A program made the translations under genes and the position numbers. The notes under the pieces are model-generated. The model ran no database searches and was not told where the DNA came from. It saw only the letters and a list, made by a program, of their open reading frames with translations. Positions 1 through 9,644 of a stretch of DNA of 64,000 bases are shown here, one piece after another; the first letter of the stretch is position 1, and every line of letters begins with the position of its first letter. Source of the stretch: Patescibacteria group bacterium (lineage in GTDB: Bacteria > Patescibacteriota > Minisyncoccia > UBA6257 > 2-01-FULL-56-20); the NCBI GenBank assembly GCA_018971305.1, contig JAGXBC010000003.1, positions 156,325-220,324 of the forward strand, read 5' to 3'.

Positions 1-95
1 AATGTGGAATCGACAGGTTTCTCAAAGTGGAAAGCCATAGTTCCCTCGGCTATTTCCTCGCGGAGTTTAAGTTTTATATTATAGCTATTAGCCAT
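1..95 (-). CDS. partial CDS (N-terminus only, continues past left edge); weak resemblance to FAD-binding oxidoreductase N-termini
   Basis: ATG at 95 on minus strand; translation MANSYNIKLKLREEIAEGTMAFHFEKPVDST.. runs off the window edge. Confidence 0.3.
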   Translation of the reverse strand, partial: MANSYNIKLKLREEIAEGTMAFHFEKPVDST

Positions 96-156
96 CAGAT
101 TTATTATAATACAATAAAATTTTGTTTATTGAAAATAATAGCGATAAGAAAGATTT

Positions 157-174
157 AATCCTACTTGTAGGATT
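157..174. promoter_or_regulatory. perfect 8-2-8 palindrome AATCCTAC-TT-GTAGGATT upstream of ABC transporter operon, followed by TACTATAAT -10-like box
   Basis: Read directly from the sequence; a half-site is repeated again (GTAGGAAT) at 175-182; TATAAT about 10 nt before the ATG at 202. Confidence 0.35.
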
Positions 175-201
175 CGTAGGAATTTACTATAATTACTGAA
201 C

Positions 202-1041
202 ATGTCAACGGAAGATGTAAATAGGCCTAAGGCTGATGGAACAATAATCAACGTTTCTGGTCTAATAAAAAAATTCGGAGAATTTACGGCGGTCGACAAT
301 ATTTCTTTTAGCGTGAAACGCGGGGAGATTTTTGCTTTTCTCGGACCGAATGGCGCGGGAAAATCGACAACTATCAAGATGCTTACAACCCTTTTACATC
401 CTACGAGCGGGGAGATTACTCTTGACGGCCATAATCCAGTCATCGATTCTTCCGCAGTGCGGCGTTCTTTTGGCATCGTTTTTCAGGATCCAAGCTTGGA
501 TGATGAACTTACGGCTTGGGAAAATATGGAATTTCATGGAGTGCTTTATGGTGTGGAAAAATTATTGCGCCGTAAACGCATAGAAGAGCTTATGAAGTTC
601 GTGGAGCTATGGGACAGGCGCGACAGCTTGGTTAAAGAATTTTCCGGAGGTATGAAGCGGAGACTCGAGATTGCCCGCGGCTTATTGCATCATCCGAAAG
701 TTATGTTTTTGGACGAACCGACGCTGGGTCTTGATCCGCAGACGCGTAACCATATGTGGAATTATTTGAAGGAGCTGAACAAAAGCGAAGGTGTTACCGT
801 ATTTTTCACGACACATTACATGGAAGAAGCAGACCGTGTTGCCCAGAGAATCGCGATAATTGATCACGGCAAAATAGTTGCCTCCGGTTCATCCACCGAA
901 CTCAAGGAACGCACGGGTAAGTCTTCTCTGGAAGAGGCGTTTCTTGAACTTACGGGTAAAACAATACGCGAAGAAGAAGCCGGCTCGATTGACCATCTGC
1001 GTTCGATGAGGCGCATGTGGCGCGGCGGCGGTAAAAAATAA
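202..1041 (+). CDS. ABC transporter ATP-binding protein (ABC-2 exporter type)
   Basis: Walker A GPNGAGKST, signature LSGGMKRRL, Walker B FLDEPT. Confidence 0.9.
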   Translation: MSTEDVNRPKADGTIINVSGLIKKFGEFTAVDNISFSVKRGEIFAFLGPNGAGKSTTIKMLTTLLHPTSGEITLDGHNPVIDSSAVRRSFGIVFQDPSLDDELTAWENMEFHGVLYGVEKLLRRKRIEELMKFVELWDRRDSLVKEFSGGMKRRLEIARGLLHHPKVMFLDEPTLGLDPQTRNHMWNYLKELNKSEGVTVFFTTHYMEEADRVAQRIAIIDHGKIVASGSSTELKERTGKSSLEEAFLELTGKTIREEEAGSIDHLRSMRRMWRGGGKK

Positions 1042-1046
1042 ATAAC

Positions 1047-1793
1047 ATGAAAACAATTTATATTTTGTGGCTTCGGCAGATAAAGAGATATCTGCGTTCG
1101 CGTTCGCGTATTGTGGGCTCTTTGGGCCAGCCGCTTTTATTCCTTCTCGCCCTTGGCTATGGACTTGGTTCTACTTTCAAAGCGGCTGGGGAGGGGAATT
1201 ATTTTACATTCCTCGCGCCGGGAGTTATCGGCATGAGTATAATCTTCACTGCGATATTCTCCGGCATTGAACTTATCTGGGACAGGCAATTCGGGTTTCT
1301 GAAAGAAACGATGGTTGCGCCGGTTTCGCGACTGAATATTATGGTAGGTAGAACCCTAGGAGGCGCGACAGTAGCCACCATGCAGGGGTTGATAGTATTT
1401 TTTATCACGCTCTTCTTCGGATTCCGTCCGGAGAATTGGGCGCTATTGCCGGTCCTTATAATTTTTATGCTTCTCGTCGCGCTTCTCTTTACCGCATTAG
1501 GGACCGCTATAGCTTCAGTCCTGGAAGACATGCAAGGATTCCAACTAATTATGAATTTCCTTGTAATGCCGTTATTTTTCCTTTCGGGAGCATTATTCCC
1601 CATAGAAAATCTGCCATCTGTGCTTACCGTCCTTGTGGGAATCGACCCTCTTTCTTACGGCATAGATTCATTCCGCTCTATCTTATCCGGAACGGCTAGC
1701 TTCGGTCTTGGATTGGATCTTTCCGTACTCGTAATAGTAACGCTTTTCTGCCTCGGCCTCGGCAGCTACCTTTTTTCGAGAATCGAGGTTTAA
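1047..1793 (+). CDS. ABC-2 family transporter permease
   Basis: About 6 TM segments; starts 6 nt after the ATPase gene. Confidence 0.8.
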   Translation: MKTIYILWLRQIKRYLRSRSRIVGSLGQPLLFLLALGYGLGSTFKAAGEGNYFTFLAPGVIGMSIIFTAIFSGIELIWDRQFGFLKETMVAPVSRLNIMVGRTLGGATVATMQGLIVFFITLFFGFRPENWALLPVLIIFMLLVALLFTALGTAIASVLEDMQGFQLIMNFLVMPLFFLSGALFPIENLPSVLTVLVGIDPLSYGIDSFRSILSGTASFGLGLDLSVLVIVTLFCLGLGSYLFSRIEV

Positions 1794-1827
1794 TAGATAA
1801 GTAAATTTATTTATAATAGATATATAC

Positions 1828-2577
1828 ATGTCCAAATATTACAACCCTCAGAAAACGAGAAATCTTTTTGACCCGAAGGCGATACAGCAATTCGTAGTCA
1901 GCCGTTCGGGGATAGATCTTTTCGTGCAATGCCAGAGATGTTTTTATCTCGATAAGCGCTTGGGTGTCGCCCGGCCGCCGGGATATCCTTTTAGTTTAAA
2001 CAGCGCGGTGGACGCGCTTTTGAAAAAAGAATTTGACGCCCACCGGGCCAAGGGCTCAACGCATCCTTTGATGAAAAAATACGGCGTTGACGCCATTCCT
2101 TACGCGCACGATCAGCTTGATGCCTGGCGCGATTCCTTGCGCCGCGGAATACAATATTTTTATGAGCCGGCTAATTTAACGATTCGCGGCGGCGTAGACG
2201 ACGTTTGGGTGAACCCGCAAGGAGAACTGCATATCGCGGATTATAAAGCCACGTCCAAGAACGGCGAGGTTTCGCTGGATGCCGAGTGGCAGGACGGTTA
2301 CAAGCGGCAAATGGAAATCTACCAATGGCTTTTTCGTCATAATGGGTTCAAGGTTTCCAATATCGGCTATTTTGTTTATTGCAACGGCAATACGGACAAA
2401 GAAGCGTTCGATGCCAGGCTTGAATTTGATATAAAAGTCATTCCGTACAGCGGGAACGATGACTGGGTTGAGGAAACAGTAAAAAATCTCCATAAATGCC
2501 TTATGTCCGATGAATTACCGGAAAAAAGTATTGATTGCGATTATTGCGCGTATCGTGAAAGTGCTGCTAGGTTTTAA
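1828..2577 (+). CDS. PD-(D/E)XK nuclease, Cas4/RecB-like fold with Cys cluster
   Basis: N-terminal CQRC and C-terminal CDYC cysteines; D..ELHIADYK motif; QMEIYQW (QxxxY) motif. Confidence 0.6.
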   Translation: MSKYYNPQKTRNLFDPKAIQQFVVSRSGIDLFVQCQRCFYLDKRLGVARPPGYPFSLNSAVDALLKKEFDAHRAKGSTHPLMKKYGVDAIPYAHDQLDAWRDSLRRGIQYFYEPANLTIRGGVDDVWVNPQGELHIADYKATSKNGEVSLDAEWQDGYKRQMEIYQWLFRHNGFKVSNIGYFVYCNGNTDKEAFDARLEFDIKVIPYSGNDDWVEETVKNLHKCLMSDELPEKSIDCDYCAYRESAARF

Positions 2578-3425
2578 ACGCTTTTCGGTTTTTCTCCTTC
2601 CAGTTGTGTTTTTTTGAGTACCAAACGGCCGTCTTTCATCTCGGCCTCCAGTAACTTCAGGCGCTTGCCGTTTTGCGTGGTCCAAACACCGGGTTCGGGG
2701 TTAAGTGCCCGGATTTTTCGTTCTATCTCAATAGATATTTCGGAAGAATTTCCGGAAATAGCCGCCGCAAAGTCCTCGGTGGATATAAACGCGTCTTCGG
2801 TTTTGAATTTTTTTGTATATGTCGCATCGGTCTCGTTTTGCGTATGCGGCTTGATATCACAGTGCAAAAATTTTGGCAGGGTTTCCACGAGCATATCTCC
2901 GCCGAGTTCTGCGAGTTTCTGCAATAGTTTTGGAAATTGTAGGCCGGAAATTACTAATCCCAGTTCTTGTTTAACGAGAACTGGTCCGTGGTCCATTTTT
3001 TCGTCCAGCATATAGAGCGTGACGCCCGTCACCGTTTCGCCATTCAATATCGCTGTTTGGATTGGCGACGAACCGCGATATTTGGGCAGTAGCGACGGGT
3101 GAACACCGATAATGCCGCGCGGAAATAGTTCAATAACGGATTTGGGAATTATTTTGGCATAAGAGGCGACAATCGCGAAATCCGTCTTAAGATCCGAGAT
3201 CTGCGACCTGAAACCCTCATCCAATTTTTCTGGCTGTAAAATTTTAATGTTCTGTGTTCTATGTTCTATGGCCAATGTCTTTACCGGCGGGGGAGTTACA
3301 ATCTTTTTTCTGCCTACGGGCCTATCGCGATTGCAGACCACCGCGAGCGGCGACACATCTGCGCTAATTAATTTCCGCAGAATAATCCCGGAAAATTCCG
3401 GCGTTCCGAAAAAAACGTATTTCAT
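2574..3425 (-). CDS. fmt: methionyl-tRNA formyltransferase
   Basis: FGTPEF N-terminus; HPSLLPKYRG motif. Confidence 0.9.
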   Translation of the reverse strand: MKYVFFGTPEFSGIILRKLISADVSPLAVVCNRDRPVGRKKIVTPPPVKTLAIEHRTQNIKILQPEKLDEGFRSQISDLKTDFAIVASYAKIIPKSVIELFPRGIIGVHPSLLPKYRGSSPIQTAILNGETVTGVTLYMLDEKMDHGPVLVKQELGLVISGLQFPKLLQKLAELGGDMLVETLPKFLHCDIKPHTQNETDATYTKKFKTEDAFISTEDFAAAISGNSSEISIEIERKIRALNPEPGVWTTQNGKRLKLLEAEMKDGRLVLKKTQLEGEKPKSV

Positions 3426-3438
3426 CGGTTAGAATATT

Positions 3439-3987
3439 TTATTTATCGCTTTCTTCCTGCGTTTCCCAACGCTTAGAAGCATGCACGCGTTTTTCCGGAG
3501 ATATCTTGTTTATTTTTTTTGTTCTGTCTATGAATAGTTTTCCCTCCAAATGGTCCATCTCATGCTGGAAAACCCGCGCCAAAAGCCCCCAGGCCTTTAT
3601 TTTAACCGGCTTACCTTTTTTATCGTAGCCGCTAAGAGTGAGCTTTGATGGCCGCTCAACCTCGCCGTAAGTAAGGGGAACACTAAGACAGCCCTCTTCA
3701 AAACCGATCTTTTCTTCGCCGAATTTTTCTATCTTAGGATTAAAAACGGCGTAGAATTTGTTCCCGCCCTTGGGATTGGGAACCTCGGCAACAAAAACCT
3801 TATGGGTCAGCCCTATTTGATTGGCGGACAAGCCGATACCGTTCGCCTCGCGCATGGCCTTCCGCATATCGGCAACCAGATCGTTTATCTCCTTAGAGCT
3901 GAATTTTTTGAAATCAAAATCCTGGGTTTTATGCCGCAAGAATTTCTCGTCTTTTTTGTTTTCTATCGTAACAATTTTGTATTCCAT
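3439..3987 (-). CDS. def: peptide deformylase
   Basis: GIGLSANQIG, EGCLSVP and HEMDHLEG motifs. The ATG at 3987 (MEYKIV..) is preferred over the longer ORF start at 4056. Confidence 0.9.
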   Translation of the reverse strand: MEYKIVTIENKKDEKFLRHKTQDFDFKKFSSKEINDLVADMRKAMREANGIGLSANQIGLTHKVFVAEVPNPKGGNKFYAVFNPKIEKFGEEKIGFEEGCLSVPLTYGEVERPSKLTLSGYDKKGKPVKIKAWGLLARVFQHEMDHLEGKLFIDRTKKINKISPEKRVHASKRWETQEESDK

Positions 3988-3994
3988 GGATGGT

Positions 3995-4240
3995 TTATTT
4001 TTTATAAATTGACATAAAGTAAGCCCCTTTGTTTTTAACATTTTTCTTCTCGGCAACTTCTTTTGCCAGTCGTAGAAGCTTTTCGGTGTCGCCGTTTTTG
4101 GCCAATTTTATGTATAAAGATTTATGTTTGTCGTCGTTCAATATCTCCGCAATACTCAAGCCAACCAGCTGATATTTTTTGTAGACTTTCGATTCCTTGC
4201 CGCGCTTCTTCAGCTCGGTAAGGTATTTGGCAGTTTGCAT
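3995..4240 (-). CDS. hypothetical small basic protein
   Basis: 81-aa ORF immediately upstream of def on the same strand; Lys-rich. Confidence 0.4.
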   Translation of the reverse strand: MQTAKYLTELKKRGKESKVYKKYQLVGLSIAEILNDDKHKSLYIKLAKNGDTEKLLRLAKEVAEKKNVKNKGAYFMSIYKK

Positions 4241-4315
4241 TAGTGGTATTCTACCTCTTTCTACTCACATTTTCCAGCGGCTTGGTAGTGTTATAATTAT
4301 TGAGAATCAACAAAA

Positions 4316-5845
4316 ATGACACTCCTAATCAAGAACGTTAAAATTTTGGGTTCAGCGGAAAAATTCTCCGGCGCTAAAGATGTTTTCGTGAGCGGAGATA
4401 AAATTTCCGCTATCGGCAATTTTTCCAATAAAACCGCCGATGATGTGTTTGAAGGCAAGGGTGCCTATCTAAGCCCGGGATTTATTGATGTGAACACCGA
4501 CTCCGATCATTATTTGAGTATTCTAAACTATCCCGAGCAGTCGGATTTTCTTGAACAAGGCGTTACCACTATCATTGGGGGCATGTGCGGATCATCTTTG
4601 GCCCCTCTTATTTACGGAAGCCTGGAATCGGTGCGAAAATGGGGAGACATTCGTAAAGTTAACGTCAATTGGCATACTATGGGGGAATTTCTTGATGTAC
4701 TGCAGCGTAAAAAATTGGCTGTTAATTTCGCTACTCTTATAGGCCACGCTACCATCCGACGAGCCATTGTCGGTGAGTCGCTCCGCGATCTTACAAAAAA
4801 CGAACTAAAAATTTTTGGAGAAACTTTAAAACGCGGCTTAAGCGACGGGGGATTCGGATTCTCTACCGGCCTCGGATATGTTCACGGCGCAAAAGTGCCT
4901 TACGCCGAAATAAAATTTTTGGCAGAAATAACAAAAAGCTTCAACGGTGTTTATGCCACTCATTTGCGTGGTGGCGAGTCCAATATATATGAAGCAACGG
5001 AAGAAGCGATAAAAATCGCGGAGGGAACCGGCGTGAAGACGCTTATCAGCCACTTCATGCCGTTCCAAGGCACGAAATCTTTTTATGAAAAATCCCTTAA
5101 AAGAATAGAAGGTTTGCCGAATAAATTAGATTTGCATTTTGATGTCTACCCTTACGACACGAGCCTTCTCGCGCTTTACACTTTTCTACCGCAATGGGCG
5201 CAAAACGGCGGCAATGAAAAAATGCTTAGGAATATAAACGATGAGTGGTTGGGGCCAAAAATAAAAAATGATTTTCCGGAGCTGGATGCGGAAAACTTTA
5301 TTGTGGCCCGAGCTCCGGGAAATAGCTCGCTTGTGGGCAAAACACTTGAAGATATTTCCGAAATATACGGCGTATCCGATCAAGCGTCAGCGCTTATGCA
5401 GTTAATGCTCACCACGAAACTTAAAGCAGTCGTGCTCTATAAAAATATTAATAACAAACTCATAAGGCGGGCAATTGGCAGCTCTAGATCTTTTATTGCT
5501 TCTAATTCTCCCAGCTTATCGGAAACGGAATCGGTAGGCACCTTGAAACCGGAACGGACGAGGTCAACATTCACGAAATTTATAGGGCTGGCTTTATCGG
5601 AAAAACTTCTATCTTTAGATAAGATTATTCAAAAGATAACCTCCGAACCGGCGGCCAAATTTAACTTGCGTAATAGAGGCGTAGTCAAAGAAGGTAATTT
5701 CGCCGACCTCGCTGTCTGGAGTTATTCACAGGGCGATGAGAAGGCCGAGCTAAAACTTACGGTTGTAAATGGCGATATTGCCTTTAAGAAAGGGGAGGCT
5801 GTCAAAAAATTTTCTGGTCAACCACTCAGACACATGTCCAGCTAA
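4316..5845 (+). CDS. amidohydrolase-family protein (D-aminoacylase-like fold)
   Basis: N-terminal pattern typical of N-acyl-D-amino-acid deacylases (…SPGFIDVNTDSDHY), but the canonical HxH metal motif is not evident. Confidence 0.55.
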   Translation: MTLLIKNVKILGSAEKFSGAKDVFVSGDKISAIGNFSNKTADDVFEGKGAYLSPGFIDVNTDSDHYLSILNYPEQSDFLEQGVTTIIGGMCGSSLAPLIYGSLESVRKWGDIRKVNVNWHTMGEFLDVLQRKKLAVNFATLIGHATIRRAIVGESLRDLTKNELKIFGETLKRGLSDGGFGFSTGLGYVHGAKVPYAEIKFLAEITKSFNGVYATHLRGGESNIYEATEEAIKIAEGTGVKTLISHFMPFQGTKSFYEKSLKRIEGLPNKLDLHFDVYPYDTSLLALYTFLPQWAQNGGNEKMLRNINDEWLGPKIKNDFPELDAENFIVARAPGNSSLVGKTLEDISEIYGVSDQASALMQLMLTTKLKAVVLYKNINNKLIRRAIGSSRSFIASNSPSLSETESVGTLKPERTRSTFTKFIGLALSEKLLSLDKIIQKITSEPAAKFNLRNRGVVKEGNFADLAVWSYSQGDEKAELKLTVVNGDIAFKKGEAVKKFSGQPLRHMSS

Positions 5846-5846
5846 A

Positions 5847-6953
5847 ATGTTCCGTTCAAAAAAAACAGGGCATCGCCCAGATTATTTCCTTTTTGCGCTG
5901 ATAATAATTTTTGTTGTTTTCGGGTTAGTAATGCTTGCGAGCGCTTCTTCTAATCTTGGCCAGACAAAATTCAACGACTCTTATTATTATCTTAAACACC
6001 AAATTTATTTCGGACTTTCGTTGGGGTTAATCGGTTTTTGTTTAGGATATTTTATATATTATCAGCGGCTTAAAAAAATCGCCCTTCCGCTGTTGCTTAT
6101 AAGTATTGCCGCTTTGGCTTTGGTGTTTACTAAATTAGGTCTGGAGGTAAATAACACCAATCGTTGGTTGCGTTTGGGTCCATTGAGTTTTCAGCCTGCA
6201 GAATTGGTAAAACTTACGTTTATACTTTACCTTGCTGCTTGGCTTAGCAATACAAAAATGAACCGCTCCAAAGATATCGGTGAGGGTTTTCTGCCATTCC
6301 TTTTGATGTCCGGCTTTATCGCAACCCTGCTTGTGTTGCAGCCGGCAACAAGCACGGTTGCGATCCTCTTGGTCACCGCCCTTATTGTATATCTTTTAAG
6401 CGGAGCTAAAATAAAATATGTAGTGGCAGTGATCCTTTTGGGTGCGATAGGGTTCGGGGTGGTAACCTACATCACTCCTTACCGCAGGGCAAGAATTTTG
6501 GGATTTTTGAATATGGGTCAGGATACGCAGGGCCAAAATTATCATATTAACCAAGCCCTGATTGCCATAGGCTCCGGAGGATTATGGGGTGTCGGTTACG
6601 GTCAGTCAGCTACAAAAACGAGCTATCTTCCGGCTCCGATAGACGATTCTATATTCGCGGTAATCGGAGAGGAGCTTGGTTTCGTGGGCGCCGGAAGTCT
6701 CGCCGCTGCATTCGGTATTTTCGCTTTCAGGATGTTTTGGCTGGCAAAAGGATTGCGCGATCAATTCGGAAAATTCCTGCTTATAGGGTTCGGGGCGATT
6801 ATTGCCCTGCAGGCGTTCGTGAATATGGGAGCGATTTCCGGTTTGATACCGCTTACGGGTGTGCCGCTGCCTTTCATTAGTTATGGAGGCACGGCGCTCG
6901 CAGTCTTTTTGACGATGGCCGGAATATCGCTTAATGTTTCCAAATACGCTTAA
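5847..6953 (+). CDS. ftsW: SEDS-family peptidoglycan glycosyltransferase FtsW/RodA
   Basis: About 10 TM helices; conserved SEDS C-terminal motifs (GGLWGVGYGQS, PLPFISYGG). Start ATG at 5847, right after the upstream stop. Confidence 0.85.
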   Translation: MFRSKKTGHRPDYFLFALIIIFVVFGLVMLASASSNLGQTKFNDSYYYLKHQIYFGLSLGLIGFCLGYFIYYQRLKKIALPLLLISIAALALVFTKLGLEVNNTNRWLRLGPLSFQPAELVKLTFILYLAAWLSNTKMNRSKDIGEGFLPFLLMSGFIATLLVLQPATSTVAILLVTALIVYLLSGAKIKYVVAVILLGAIGFGVVTYITPYRRARILGFLNMGQDTQGQNYHINQALIAIGSGGLWGVGYGQSATKTSYLPAPIDDSIFAVIGEELGFVGAGSLAAAFGIFAFRMFWLAKGLRDQFGKFLLIGFGAIIALQAFVNMGAISGLIPLTGVPLPFISYGGTALAVFLTMAGISLNVSKYA

Positions 6954-6959
6954 AATATT

Positions 6960-8105
6960 ATGGAATACACAAGAAAAATTTTATTTACCGGCGGGGGAAG
7001 CGGGGGACACGTCTATCCTCTTTTGGCGGTCTCGCAAAAATTGAAAGTACTAATAGAAAACGAACACAGAAGCGCCGAATTTTTTTATATGGGTCCGAAG
7101 GACGAATACGCCGAGATCCTCCGAACGGCAGATTTTAAAATCACCCCAATTTTTTCCGGAAAATTACGGCGCTATTCTTCCCTGGACAACATAACGGACA
7201 TTCCAAAATTCGGCATAGGGCTGATACAATCATTCGTTAAAATATTTTCCATAATGCCCGACGTCGTTTTTTCCAAAGGCGGAACCGGTGCCCTGCCGGT
7301 TGTTATAGCGGCCTGGTTTTATGGGATACCGGTAATTATCCATGAATCTGACGCTGCTCCCGGGCTTACCAATCTTTTATCCGCCCCTTTCGCCGTGAGA
7401 ATAGCAGTAAGCTTTCAATGCGTAATGCCTTATTTTAATCGCCGTAAGGTCGCCTGGATAGGAACTCCCATCAGAGAAGAACTGCTTAGTGAAAACCCCT
7501 CAGCCTCTTTTGCTAAAAAAGATTTGGGTTTTGATATGCAGGAACCATTAACTTTAATTATCGGCGGCTCGCAGGGTTCGGCGAGGATCAACGAATTTAT
7601 TGTGGAGAATTTGGCAGGCCTTCTGGCCGAAACTCAAATTTTACACCAAACTGGCCAGGCTAATTATGCGGATGTGGCGAACTTGTCGCGCGCCGTGCTT
7701 ACGGAGGTTGCCAAAACAGCAGGCGGGAAAGAACGATATCGTGCTATTCCTTATTTAGATGTAACAACAGAGAGATCTGCATTTTCCGCAGCCGACCTTG
7801 TTGTAGCCCGCGCCGGCAGCGGCACTATCGCGGACATCTCCGCTTTCTCAAAGCCATCTATCCTTATTCCACTCAGAGAATCGGCGAACGACCATCAGCG
7901 GATCAATGCTTATGAGTTTGCTAAAACCGGCGCGGCGATAGTTATTGAGGAGAGCAATCTTTTGCCGGGAATATTTTTGAATCAGTTGAAATCACTTATC
8001 CATAAGCAAGATACTCTTGTTAAAATGGCAACAGCTTCGGGTGCTATGTTTAAGAAGGATGCGGCGGAAACTATCGCGCAAGAGATATTAAAGCTTTCGG
8101 CCTGA
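6960..8105 (+). CDS. murG: undecaprenyldiphospho-muramoylpentapeptide beta-N-acetylglucosaminyltransferase
   Basis: TGGGSGGHVYP N-terminal motif; GT28 architecture; follows ftsW. Confidence 0.9.
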   Translation: MEYTRKILFTGGGSGGHVYPLLAVSQKLKVLIENEHRSAEFFYMGPKDEYAEILRTADFKITPIFSGKLRRYSSLDNITDIPKFGIGLIQSFVKIFSIMPDVVFSKGGTGALPVVIAAWFYGIPVIIHESDAAPGLTNLLSAPFAVRIAVSFQCVMPYFNRRKVAWIGTPIREELLSENPSASFAKKDLGFDMQEPLTLIIGGSQGSARINEFIVENLAGLLAETQILHQTGQANYADVANLSRAVLTEVAKTAGGKERYRAIPYLDVTTERSAFSAADLVVARAGSGTIADISAFSKPSILIPLRESANDHQRINAYEFAKTGAAIVIEESNLLPGIFLNQLKSLIHKQDTLVKMATASGAMFKKDAAETIAQEILKLSA

Positions 8106-8164
8106 GAGGCAAATATTTTTAAAAGTAATAGAAATTTGGCATTTTTAGTGATAAACTGTAAAGG

Positions 8165-9640
8165 ATGCCAAAAGTTAAAGAATTGATTCGCGTACGTTTG
8201 GCGCCAAGCCCAACCGGACGCCTGCATATAGGCACGGCGAGAATCGCGCTAGTCAACTGGCTTTTTGCGCGCCAACATAACGGCACGTTCGTTTTGCGCA
8301 TTGAGGACACCGACAAAGAACGCTCCAAAAAAGAATATGAAGAAGATCTTTTCTTGGGATTGCGATGGTTGGGCCTTGAGTGGGACGAAGGTCCGGCTTT
8401 GGCAACGAACGATAAGAAGAGATCGGCCGTCGAGTCGACATGCGGTCCTTATCGGCAGAGTGAACGAACAGAAATTTATGAAAAATATTTAAACCGGCTT
8501 TTAGACGAAGGTAAGGCCTATTACTGTTATTGCACGAAAGAAGATTTGGAAGCGGAGAAGCAGGCCATGCTTGCTCAGGGCTTACCCCCGAAATACGGCG
8601 GTCATTGCCGTAACATTAATCAACAGCCTGCCGGAAAGGAGCCGCAAGTTATCAGATTTAAAACACCAGAAGGGAAAATAGAATTCAAGGATCTTATTAG
8701 GGGCAATATGGCTTTTGATGGCTCGCTTTTCGGAGATATTGTTATTGCCAAGGATCTAAAAACCTCTCTATATAATTTCGCAGCTACGGTTGATGACGAA
8801 GAAATGCATATAAGCCATGTCATCAGAGGTGAAGACCATTTATCCAATACTCCGAAGCAAATACTTATCCAGAAAGCTTTGGGGTTTAAGGAGCCCGAAT
8901 ATGGCCATCTGCCGCTCATCTTAAACCCGGACCGAAGCAAGATGTCTAAGAGATTTGCCGACACCGCGCTTTCAGAATATATATCTCGGGGTTATCTGCC
9001 GGAGGCAATCGTAAACTTTCTTGCGCTTCTAGGCTGGCACCCGAAAGACGAACGTGAAATATTTTCCCTAAAAGACCTTGTTAAGGAATTTGATTTCAAG
9101 AGAATCCAAAAGGCCGGAGCTGTTTTCAACCAGGACAAGCTGGATTGGCTGCAAAAAGAATACATGAAAAATTTGAGTACCGAGGAAATAACAGACCAGC
9201 TTATGGAAATTCTAAAAAATAAAAATGTTTCAACCGATAAAGATTTTCTAAAAAAAATAATCGAGATAGAACGTCCACGCCTCACAACCCTGAACGAGTT
9301 TTATAGTGTGGCCGGATTTTTCTTCCGTTTGCCGGAATATGATGCGAAGCTTCTTGTTTGGAGGGAAACAGAGAATATAGAAAAAATAAAAAATATTCTT
9401 AATCTGTCTACGGCAATAATAAAATCTTCAAAAAATATAGACCGCGCGACCCTAGCCGCTTCTTTTGCCGAACTTATAAATAAAGAAGGCAGGGGATCGG
9501 TACTTTGGCCCTTGAGAGTGGCGCTTTCTGGGCAAGCGGCTTCGCCCGATCCATTAGAGATAATTGAAGCTTTGGGGAAAGAAGAATCCGAAAGAAGAAT
9601 AAAAATGGCCATAACAAAACTTGAGGGGAACCTCCTTTAG
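8165..9640 (+). CDS. gltX: glutamyl-tRNA synthetase
   Basis: RLAPSPTGRLHIGTAR (HIGH) and KMSKR motifs. Confidence 0.95.
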   Translation: MPKVKELIRVRLAPSPTGRLHIGTARIALVNWLFARQHNGTFVLRIEDTDKERSKKEYEEDLFLGLRWLGLEWDEGPALATNDKKRSAVESTCGPYRQSERTEIYEKYLNRLLDEGKAYYCYCTKEDLEAEKQAMLAQGLPPKYGGHCRNINQQPAGKEPQVIRFKTPEGKIEFKDLIRGNMAFDGSLFGDIVIAKDLKTSLYNFAATVDDEEMHISHVIRGEDHLSNTPKQILIQKALGFKEPEYGHLPLILNPDRSKMSKRFADTALSEYISRGYLPEAIVNFLALLGWHPKDEREIFSLKDLVKEFDFKRIQKAGAVFNQDKLDWLQKEYMKNLSTEEITDQLMEILKNKNVSTDKDFLKKIIEIERPRLTTLNEFYSVAGFFFRLPEYDAKLLVWRETENIEKIKNILNLSTAIIKSSKNIDRATLAASFAELINKEGRGSVLWPLRVALSGQAASPDPLEIIEALGKEESERRIKMAITKLEGNLL

Positions 9641-9644
9641 TTTA

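Noticed and set aside
126-476. 116-aa minus-strand ORF antisense to the ABC ATPase gene
   Set aside because: It lies entirely within a well-supported plus-strand ABC ATPase gene and has no motifs. It is a typical antisense artefact. Numerous antisense ORFs inside murC, ctpA, the TraD-like gene, atpD/atpA and secD are rejected for the same reason.
1828-2577. Calling the Cas4-like nucleases part of a CRISPR-Cas system
   Set aside because: There is no cas1/cas2, no effector gene and no repeat array anywhere in the window. They are treated as stand-alone PD-(D/E)XK nucleases.
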